Source: an uncultured Gammaproteobacteria bacterium
Lineage (GTDB): Bacteria > Patescibacteriota > Microgenomatia > UBA8517 > JACQJR01
Reading direction: 5' to 3'
Length of the DNA stretch: 64,000 bases
NCBI GenBank assembly: GCA_964442455.1
Contig: CAYTZB010000001.1
Location: forward strand, 85,910 to 149,909
The notes beneath the pieces were generated by a model. The model worked only from the letters and a program-made list of their open reading frames with translations. It was not told the origin of the DNA and did not search any database. Position 1 is the first letter of the stretch. Every line of letters begins with the position of its first letter. The position numbers were made by a program, and so were the translations under genes. Below are positions 8,396-15,379 of this stretch, piece by piece.

Positions 8396-10126
8396 ATGGA
8401 TAATAGAGCTCGTTTTGTGGGAATACTGCTTGGCGCAGGCACACTTTTACTGATAGGACGACTTTTCTTTTGGCAAGTTGTGAAGGGAGCACAACTTGCT
8501 CAATATGCACGTTCTCAATACCTTCGCGCTGAAGAAATTGCAACACAGCGAGGTTCAATACTTGCCAACGATGGGGGGGTACTCGCGACCTCTCAAATTA
8601 CATGGCAAGTGTGGGCAGATCCGACAAAACTCACCAAAACGCCCGTTGATATTGCCCGTCTTTTGGCGCCTATTTTTTCCCGAGAACTACTCCCGGAAGA
8701 TGCTTCGGGAGAAGCTGAGCTTTCTTTTATTGAGAGAAAAGAGGAGCAACTGGAGAAAGCACTTGCCAAGCGTGATATACGGTGGGTGCTTCTTGCCGAT
8801 AAGTTGTCAAATGAGGGAAAACGCGTAGTTGAGAATTTGTCACTTCCCGGAGTGGGATGGACACTGGGGGAAAAACGGTTTTATCCCGAGGGAAGCGCGG
8901 CCGCGCACTTATTGGGATTTGTGGGAAAAGATGAGAGCGGAGAGCGGGGATATTTTGGACTAGAAGGGTTTTATGATATAACGCTTAAAGGTGTGAAAGG
9001 GATACAGAGAGCGGAGCGTGATGTGCGGGGAAATCCTATCCCTTTTGGGTTGTTTAATGAGATTGCCCCAACACAGGGACTTGATATCGTGACGTTTATT
9101 GACCGAACGGTACAGTATATTATAGAGAGGCATTTAGCTTCTGGTATTGAAAAATATGGGGCAAAGGGAGGCAGTGTGGTAGTGATGAAGCCGACAGGAG
9201 AGATACTTGCAAGTGCAACTTTTCCCTCATATGACCACACGCGGTACAGCGAAGCCGACTCATCTCTGTTTAAAAATCCGGCGGTTGCCGACTCATTTGA
9301 GCCGGGGTCTGTATTTAAGATTCTTGTGATGGCAGCGGCACTGGATAGCGGAGCGGTCAAGCCGGATATGCGATGTGACGCATGCAGCGGGCCAGTGACG
9401 ATTGGAAAATATCAAATTCATACGTGGGATGACAAGTATTACCCCGAGACAAGTATGACAGATATAATCAAACATTCAGATAACATTGGGATGGTTTTTG
9501 TAGGTGGGAAATTGGGGGGAGATAAAATGTGGGATTATTTGAATAGGTTTGGGATTGGGCGATTAACCGGTATCGATCTTCAAGAAGAATCAACGTCAGA
9601 GCTTAGGCCAAAGGGTAGGTGGGGTGATATTGATGTGGCAACCGCGTCATTCGGGCAGGGGGTTGCGGTGACCCCCGCTCAGTTACTCCGAGCGGTTGCG
9701 GCGATTGCCAATCATGGTGTTCTTCCGGTACCCCGGGTTGTAGATAAGATGAGAGAAGGTACATGGGAAGAGGAGACTGAGGTAAAAGACGAAGGAAGAG
9801 TAATTAGCGAGGATGCAGCGGTGAAAATTACAGAGATGATGATTGAAGCTGTACGCGCAGGTGAGGCAAAATGGGCAGCACCAAAGGGATTTTTGATTGC
9901 GGGAAAAACCGGAACCGCACAAATTCCTATTGCCGGACACTACGATCCTGAAAAAACAATTGCATCATTTATTGGTTTTGCGCCTGCGGACTCGCCAGAA
10001 TTTGTCATGCTCGTCTCGCTTAGAGAGCCAACATCGTCTCCTTTTGGTTCCGAAACAGCCGCGCCTCTTTGGTTTTCTATTGCCCGTGACCTCTTTCCAT
10101 ATTTCGGCATTGGTCCATCTCAATAA
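8396..10126 (+). CDS. ftsI: Peptidoglycan D,D-transpeptidase (class B PBP, FtsI)
   Basis: TM anchor present. PBP dimerisation region, then the transpeptidase motifs SVFK (SxxK), HSDN (SxN-like) and KTGTA (KTG). ATG 8396 is preferred; the ORF-track start 8213 overlaps ftsL. Confidence 0.85.
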   Translation: MDNRARFVGILLGAGTLLLIGRLFFWQVVKGAQLAQYARSQYLRAEEIATQRGSILANDGGVLATSQITWQVWADPTKLTKTPVDIARLLAPIFSRELLPEDASGEAELSFIERKEEQLEKALAKRDIRWVLLADKLSNEGKRVVENLSLPGVGWTLGEKRFYPEGSAAAHLLGFVGKDESGERGYFGLEGFYDITLKGVKGIQRAERDVRGNPIPFGLFNEIAPTQGLDIVTFIDRTVQYIIERHLASGIEKYGAKGGSVVVMKPTGEILASATFPSYDHTRYSEADSSLFKNPAVADSFEPGSVFKILVMAAALDSGAVKPDMRCDACSGPVTIGKYQIHTWDDKYYPETSMTDIIKHSDNIGMVFVGGKLGGDKMWDYLNRFGIGRLTGIDLQEESTSELRPKGRWGDIDVATASFGQGVAVTPAQLLRAVAAIANHGVLPVPRVVDKMREGTWEEETEVKDEGRVISEDAAVKITEMMIEAVRAGEAKWAAPKGFLIAGKTGTAQIPIAGHYDPEKTIASFIGFAPADSPEFVMLVSLREPTSSPFGSETAAPLWFSIARDLFPYFGIGPSQ

Positions 10127-10268
10127 ATATCTTGACAACAGCCGAAAATATGTAATACCCTTTACGTAGGACATAAAACCTGTTTCAAAACTTGCGCATC
10201 AGCTTTACTGGTTTGCTTAAGGTAGGTTTTGTGAAGCCGTTTTGAAACGACTTCATAGTAATTAATTT

Positions 10269-10646
10269 ATGTCAGCAGAACTGCCCCGCTGGACGTTTGA
10301 TGCTGCTGGGAGACCCCAAGACTTAATTCATAATGGAAAAATTGTGCTTCAAGACGGAAGACCAGTATTTGCGGAGAATAATTGTATTACTTTCGAGGAA
10401 GGCAAAAGTGGTGCACTTTTAGTAATCCGTGAACCAGAGAGTTCCGTATCATCATCTCTTTACATATTACGGCCAGAAGTAGGTAACTTTAGACTTATTC
10501 AAAATAGTATTGAGAGGAGGTTAAGTCTCGTGCCTTTGAGCGGGCAAATCGATGGAAACGGAAGGTCATTCACAATTCCCGACATGAGTTCAGTTTTGAG
10601 ACAAATAAGACTTCGTTTAGAAAAGCTTCCAAGAACCTCGCAATAA
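10269..10646 (+). CDS. Hypothetical protein (orphan, 125 aa)
   Basis: ATG-initiated ORF in an AT-rich insert between ftsI and murE. No recognisable motif. Confidence 0.45.
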   Translation: MSAELPRWTFDAAGRPQDLIHNGKIVLQDGRPVFAENNCITFEEGKSGALLVIREPESSVSSSLYILRPEVGNFRLIQNSIERRLSLVPLSGQIDGNGRSFTIPDMSSVLRQIRLRLEKLPRTSQ

Positions 10647-10733
10647 CTTCTTTTGAACTTAATTGTGGTATAATTCTTTGTTAAATCGTATGAATTGTTA
10701 AACAATTCTTAGCCTTGAATTTTTGAAACTTAG

Positions 10734-10818
10734 ATGTGTAGGCACCTTCGAGGTGTACGCAGGTATGGTACTATTACCACACTACAGAATATGGCAGTTG
10801 TTTAGTAATCTAATGATT
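10734..10818 (+). repeat. Copy A of a duplicated intergenic module (41-nt identical core 10743-10783, two hairpins, 23-codon micro-ORF)
   Basis: CACCTTCGAGGTGTACGCAGGTATGGTACTATTACCACACT is identical to 11741-11781. TATGG(C/T)AGTTGT and CTAATGAT are also shared downstream. Confidence 0.8.
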
Positions 10819-10842
10819 TAAATCACTGGATCAGTATGTTGG

Positions 10843-10870
10843 TTGACAAACGGATTACATTTGCTATAGT
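10843..10870 (+). promoter_or_regulatory. Promoter of the 272-aa orphan ORF
   Basis: TTGACA (10843-10848), a 16-nt spacer, then TG-n-TATAGT (10865-10870), followed by TAAGCTAAATTTATG. The architecture matches 11844-11871. Confidence 0.6.
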
Positions 10871-10882
10871 TAAGCTAAATTT

Positions 10883-11701
10883 ATGGCAGCTTCAATTGCT
10901 GAACGATTGGGGGTGACTTTAGAGCGTTTAGGTAAGGGGTTACAAGAAAGAGCAAGACCAAAAGAATCAACTTCTCCGGAACTTCTTCGTGATAAAGCAT
11001 TAGAATTATGGAGATTGACTGCTCCTGGACGCAAAGCTGATCCAAGCACCTCTGCTATTTCTTATTTCGTTTTCTCCTCTTCAGAAGGAGTTACTGCAGA
11101 CACTCAGGAAAAACAACTATTTGATGATTTATTAAAACCATATTGGCATGTCCATGATTATGATGGTTTTATGGTTATACTTTCAGTAAATCCGGATAAA
11201 CTTCCTAGTGTTTCATTTAAACTCTCCATTTTAGCTCCAGCTCCACCACAATTACCCTTTGAAGGTAAGTCTGCTGTTTTAGCATTTAGAGAATTTCCTC
11301 CAGATAGGAGTCGAAGGAGAGACTATCCTTATAATTTGCTTATTCAAGGAGAAAATAGAAATTTTTATTCTGATATATTGGATCAAGAAGTTACCGGTTT
11401 TGATCCTACTCAAGGATTACAATGGCAACAATTAGAAAAATACTCTGTTGATTATCAACCAAGAGGTGATATTGAATGGAGAAAAAAATTCACAAGCGAT
11501 GTTCTTGATCTCTTAATCGATATTATTAAAAAAATAGGATACGATGAAGTTGCTCAGGCTAGGATGGATCAATTTTGGAGGAGAAGTAGCATGATTCGGG
11601 GACGGTGGCTTGGTGAAGTTGAAAGTGAAAATCGGGAAGTAGATTATCGCCGACATTTTAATAATACTTCCTTGTCCCGCCGTAACAGGTTTAGTGTTTA
11701 A
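10883..11701 (+). CDS. Hypothetical protein (orphan, 272 aa)
   Basis: ATG-initiated ORF with its own promoter. A spot-counted 60-nt line (11161-11220) is about 30% G+C. No family recognised. Confidence 0.55.
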   Translation: MAASIAERLGVTLERLGKGLQERARPKESTSPELLRDKALELWRLTAPGRKADPSTSAISYFVFSSSEGVTADTQEKQLFDDLLKPYWHVHDYDGFMVILSVNPDKLPSVSFKLSILAPAPPQLPFEGKSAVLAFREFPPDRSRRRDYPYNLLIQGENRNFYSDILDQEVTGFDPTQGLQWQQLEKYSVDYQPRGDIEWRKKFTSDVLDLLIDIIKKIGYDEVAQARMDQFWRRSSMIRGRWLGEVESENREVDYRRHFNNTSLSRRNRFSV

Positions 11702-11728
11702 CTGTAATCGGTATTTTGAGGCTAATTA

Positions 11729-11816
11729 ATGGTGCAGACACACCTTCGAGGTGTACGCAGGTATGGTACTATTACCACACTCGGTGTATGGTAGTTGTAC
11801 AACGACTCTAATGATA
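11729..11816 (+). repeat. Copy B of the duplicated intergenic module (core 11741-11781, 21-codon micro-ORF preceded by GAGG)
   Basis: Same 41-nt core as copy A and the same downstream conserved blocks. Confidence 0.8.
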
Positions 11817-11843
11817 TGTATTATTAGAGCGATACCTTTTTTA

Positions 11844-11871
11844 TTGACAATTGAATCCTCTCTGATATAGT
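11844..11871 (+). promoter_or_regulatory. Promoter of the 183-aa orphan ORF
   Basis: TTGACA (11844-11849), a 16-nt spacer, then TG-n-TATAGT (11866-11871), followed by TAAGCTGAATTTAT. Confidence 0.6.
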
Positions 11872-11893
11872 TAAGCTGAATTTATAAGCTATT

Positions 11894-12445
11894 ATGACTG
11901 AATTAAGTCGCACCGACGGATTAGGAGAACCAGGTGAGCATGAAGCGTTTGAAGAATTAGATCCTCACAGAATTGCCCAACTTTTTGGAACAACAGCGAA
12001 ATTAACTTATTATGAAATTCGTTATGAGCTTGAAACAAATAAAGAAATTAAGAGAATTCCTGTGTGGGTGATTGATATTATAGAAAGGTCAAAATTAAGA
12101 CTTGTACAGCTATTCGTTGCACCAGAGATAAGACAAGTAGGTGTGGTTTCTAGTTTGCTTTTCAGCTCAAATTTACCACCCAACGTTGAGCCTGATCGGT
12201 ACGGTGAGACAAACCATACAGCCCGACTTGAGGGTGTGCAACAAGTTGAAGTTCGAAGATATCCTTTTTCCTCCCCATATACCAACGTAAGTTTTATTAT
12301 AGAAGACGAAAAAACAAAGTCAGTGCTACAAGTTGACTCTCGAGCAACATTCAGATTTGACTTTATGCAGAAAGAAGAATTAGGTAAGTATGCAATAGGT
12401 TTAGAAGAGATAAGGAACTTTTTCCGACGCGTTTCTCATTTTTGA
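11894..12445 (+). CDS. Hypothetical protein (orphan, 183 aa)
   Basis: ATG-initiated ORF. No recognisable motif. Confidence 0.55.
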   Translation: MTELSRTDGLGEPGEHEAFEELDPHRIAQLFGTTAKLTYYEIRYELETNKEIKRIPVWVIDIIERSKLRLVQLFVAPEIRQVGVVSSLLFSSNLPPNVEPDRYGETNHTARLEGVQQVEVRRYPFSSPYTNVSFIIEDEKTKSVLQVDSRATFRFDFMQKEELGKYAIGLEEIRNFFRRVSHF

Positions 12446-12455
12446 ACCTAAATCG

Positions 12456-12464
12456 TGGTATAAT
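12456..12464 (+). promoter_or_regulatory. Extended -10 promoter (TGgTATAAT) 7 nt upstream of the murE ATG (leaderless-type)
   Basis: TG at 12456-12457, TATAAT at 12459-12464, ATG at 12472. Confidence 0.5.
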
Positions 12465-12471
12465 TTACATA

Positions 12472-13818
12472 ATGGATGTGGTGAAGACGGTATTTGGGAA
12501 GAGTCGTTGGTATGGGCCGATCAGAAACTTCCAACACTTCGTAGAAGCAGTCTTCGCAGTTATTAAAAATGGATATCCTGCGCGAGATTTAACGGTTATT
12601 GGTGTGACAGGAACAGACGGAAAGACAACAACGTCGCACATTATCTCATCAATTCTTCAAGAAGCAGGAATTAAAACTGCGCTTATCTCAAGCGTCGGTG
12701 CATTTATTGGTGATGAGGAGGTCGATACAGGCTTCCATGTAACGACTCCTGATCCAAAATTACTTCAACCACTTCTCGTAAAGATTAAAGAGAAAGGAAT
12801 AACCCATGTTGTTATAGAAGCAACATCTCATGGACTTGACCAACACAGACTTCTTGGATGTAATTTTAAAGTGGGAGTTTTGACAAATATTACTCATGAA
12901 CATTTAGATTACCATCAGACGTTTGAAAGATATAGAGACGCTAAAGTAAAGTTGTTTCGCGGTGTTAAAACTGCTGTTTTAAATAGAGACGATGACTCAT
13001 TTTCCTACATAAAATCAAAAACAAATCCTGGTACTCGTGTCATTGCTTACAGCGTAAAACAAAATGCTACGTTATGGGCAGATAAAGTTTCATTTAATTG
13101 GAAGGGTATGGAATTTCGTGTGAGAGAAGGAAGATCAAGTATTACGCTTACAACAAAACTTATTGGTGAATATAATGTTTCAAATATACTCGCTGCTGTT
13201 GGAGTCGCGCGCGGAATTGGAATTTCATGGGAAGCGATTAAGGAAGGGGTCGAAAGGTTTGGAGGAATTCCAGGAAGGATGGAAAGAGTTGATGAAGGAC
13301 AAACGTTTGCCACCTTTATTGATTTTGCACATACACCAGCGGCTCTTGAGAGCGTATTGACACTTCTTAAGAAATTAAAAACTCGAGATAGTAAACTCAT
13401 CGTTGTATTTGGAGCAGCAGGAGAACGGGATGTTAGCAAGAGGGCTTTGATGGGTGAAATTGCCGCCCGTTTGGCTGATTTTACCGTGTTGACTGCCGAG
13501 GATCCGCGTACCGAGAATCTTAACAGGATTATTGATGATATTACACGGGGGATAAGGCAAAATGCTAAAGTGTGGGATGGTGTTGTGGATTGGAGAAAAG
13601 AAGGAAGCTGGTGTATTCGAGTTCCTGAGCGGGGTGAAGCGATTGCATTTGCCGCTCAAAAGTTGGCGAAAGGTGGGGATATTTTGGTGATTTGCGGAAA
13701 AGGCCATGAGAAATCAATGGCATTTGATCACACCGAATACCCATGGTCAGACCAGGAAGCAGCTAGGGTAGCGCTCAAAGGGAAAATTAAAAGAGTAAAA
13801 AGAGGACAATTAACCTAA
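12472..13818 (+). CDS. murE: UDP-N-acetylmuramoyl-L-alanyl-D-glutamate--2,6-diaminopimelate (or L-lysine) ligase MurE
   Basis: Mur ligase P-loop VIGVTGTDGKTTT, central domain TNITHEHLDYH, and the C-terminal motif DFAHTP. Confidence 0.9.
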   Translation: MDVVKTVFGKSRWYGPIRNFQHFVEAVFAVIKNGYPARDLTVIGVTGTDGKTTTSHIISSILQEAGIKTALISSVGAFIGDEEVDTGFHVTTPDPKLLQPLLVKIKEKGITHVVIEATSHGLDQHRLLGCNFKVGVLTNITHEHLDYHQTFERYRDAKVKLFRGVKTAVLNRDDDSFSYIKSKTNPGTRVIAYSVKQNATLWADKVSFNWKGMEFRVREGRSSITLTTKLIGEYNVSNILAAVGVARGIGISWEAIKEGVERFGGIPGRMERVDEGQTFATFIDFAHTPAALESVLTLLKKLKTRDSKLIVVFGAAGERDVSKRALMGEIAARLADFTVLTAEDPRTENLNRIIDDITRGIRQNAKVWDGVVDWRKEGSWCIRVPERGEAIAFAAQKLAKGGDILVICGKGHEKSMAFDHTEYPWSDQEAARVALKGKIKRVKRGQLT

Positions 13819-13922
13819 TTGACCTAATTATTCTAATTTCTAAAGAATGTCTAATGACAATTTTAAGAATTTCATATTTGGGATTTCTTTAGGTTAATTA
13901 GAAATTAGTAATTAGAAATTTA
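13809..13922. repeat. Imperfect long palindrome built from phased CTAATT / AATTAG units (element E1)
   Basis: Left arm: TAACCTAATTGACCTAATTATTCTAATTTCTAAAGAA. Right arm: TTCTTTAGGTTAATTAGAAATTAGTAATTAGAAATT. It fills the murE-murC spacer and is homologous to 36451-36590. Confidence 0.7.
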
Positions 13923-13929
13923 AGTTTTT

Positions 13930-15354
13930 ATGGATATAAAAACTTTGAAACATATCCATTTCACCGGCATTAAGGGTGTCGGTATGACAGCGCTTGTCTT
14001 ATGTGCACAGGATTTGGGGATAAAGGTAACCGGTTCTGATGTTGCCGAGGTATTTGTGACGGATGAGACACTAGAAAAGCGTGGGATAAGATGGAATGTG
14101 GGATTTGGTGAAAAGAATTTAGACCCGAGGCCTGATTTAGTTATTACCACCGGTGCTCATGGTGGATTACGCAATCCTGAGGTAGTGGCAGCACAAAAAA
14201 TGGGTATCCGAGTGTTAACACACGCCCAGGCGCTGTATGAATTTACGAAGGGGAAAGAAGTTATCGCGGTATGCGGAGTAGGTGGTAAATCAACGACCTG
14301 CGCAATGATTGCAACGATTTTTGATGAAGCAGGACTTCATCCGTCGTTTGCTATAGGCGTGGGGGACATTCCATCACTTGGTGCTCCGGGAAGATACGAT
14401 AAGAAGGGGAACGTGTTTATTGTTGAGGCGGACGAATATGCAATTTCTCCGGGGGTTGATAACCGGCCGCGGTTTAGTCTACTTTCTCCGCGAGTCATTG
14501 TTGTTACTAATATTGAGCATGACCATCCTGACATTTATAAAACTTTAGAGGATACGAAAAGAGCGTTTCGAGAATTTTTTGAAAAATTACCCAGCGATGG
14601 TTTGCTTGTTGCAAATGGAAACAGTGAGAATGTCCGCACGATAACTAAAAATCTCAAAGTAAGAGTTATAATGTACGATATTGAAAATTTAGAACTTTCT
14701 ATTCCTGGTAAGTTTAATCAGGCAAATGCGACTGCAGCTTCTGCAGTTGCAAAATTTTATAACAGCATTCAAGAATACTCCGCAATTTATTGCGGAGATG
14801 AATTGAACGCTGATATGTCATCCTCCTTTAGAGGGAAACCCAGCTCGTTAGAGCGGGGAGGATGTCATAAAATCCCAGAAGAAATAATTAAAAGAGGACT
14901 CCAAAATTTTAAAGGTGTTAGACGTCGGTTTGAAAAAATGGGTGAAATAAATGGAGTATTGTTTTATGATGATTACGCTCATACCCCAAATGAAATAAGG
15001 GCTACACTAGGAGCCGCTCGTGAATGGTTTAATAACCAACGCATAGTTGCAGTTTTTCAACCTCATACCTATTCTCGAACAAAAGCGTTACTTAGCGAAT
15101 TCGCGAAGAGTTTTAGTGATTCGGACATAGTTGGAGTTATGGATATTTATGCTTCCGCTCGGGAGAATGATACTTTAGGTATGTCGGGAGAGCTACTTGC
15201 AAAAGAAATTTCTCGATACCACAAAAATGTTGCCTATACGGGTAATCATGAACGAACTATTGAGTGGATTAAAAAAAATAGTAAAAGCGGTGATATAGTT
15301 TTGACTTTAGGGGCAGGCGATATTTTTTTATTGCACAGGATAATTAATTCATAA
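13930..15354 (+). CDS. murC: UDP-N-acetylmuramate--L-alanine ligase MurC (carries an in-frame ~38-codon repeat-element insertion)
   Basis: HFTGIKGVGMTAL, GVGGKSTT, NIEHDHPD, FKGVRRRFE and YDDYAHTP motifs are present. The segment NSIQEYSAIYCGDELNADMSSSFRGKPSSLERGGCHK is encoded by the repeat at 14757-14870. Confidence 0.9.
   Translation: MDIKTLKHIHFTGIKGVGMTALVLCAQDLGIKVTGSDVAEVFVTDETLEKRGIRWNVGFGEKNLDPRPDLVITTGAHGGLRNPEVVAAQKMGIRVLTHAQALYEFTKGKEVIAVCGVGGKSTTCAMIATIFDEAGLHPSFAIGVGDIPSLGAPGRYDKKGNVFIVEADEYAISPGVDNRPRFSLLSPRVIVVTNIEHDHPDIYKTLEDTKRAFREFFEKLPSDGLLVANGNSENVRTITKNLKVRVIMYDIENLELSIPGKFNQANATAASAVAKFYNSIQEYSAIYCGDELNADMSSSFRGKPSSLERGGCHKIPEEIIKRGLQNFKGVRRRFEKMGEINGVLFYDDYAHTPNEIRATLGAAREWFNNQRIVAVFQPHTYSRTKALLSEFAKSFSDSDIVGVMDIYASARENDTLGMSGELLAKEISRYHKNVAYTGNHERTIEWIKKNSKSGDIVLTLGAGDIFLLHRIINS
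14757..14870 (+). mobile_element. MITE-like hairpin element, long form, copy 1 (inside murC, in frame)
   Basis: 114 bp, homologous to 58021-58133 and to 25471-25538. Termini TTATAACA...TGTCATAA form inverted repeats. There are two internal 8-bp hairpins. Confidence 0.7.
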
Positions 15355-15361
15355 TATCGAT

Positions 15362-15379
15362 ATATTCATATATGAATAT
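15362..15379. promoter_or_regulatory. 18-bp perfect palindrome ATATTCATATATGAATAT overlapping the murB start codon
   Basis: The 16-bp core TATTCATATATGAATA recurs identically at 52856-52871. Confidence 0.4.

Noticed and set aside
10692-10708. Palindrome GAATTGTT-A-AACAATTC just downstream of the TGgTATAAT at 10666-10674, considered as an operator.
   Set aside because: It is a single AT-rich occurrence with no second copy at the homologous murE promoter. It cannot be distinguished from chance or from part of the leader of the repeat-module transcript.
10647-11893. Integron-like cassette array (ORF - attC-like repeat - ORF - repeat - ORF).
   Set aside because: There is no integrase or attI in the window. 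The repeats lack the paired R''/L''-L'/R' core-site organisation. Each downstream ORF has its own strong promoter, unlike promoterless cassettes.
13809-13922. Possibility that the short phased repeats (AATTAGAAATT etc.) at 13.8, 19.8, 25.4 and 36.5 kb are CRISPR arrays.
   Set aside because: The units are only 6-11 bp with no unique spacers of 25-40 bp. The two halves are inverted relative to each other, and no cas genes are present.
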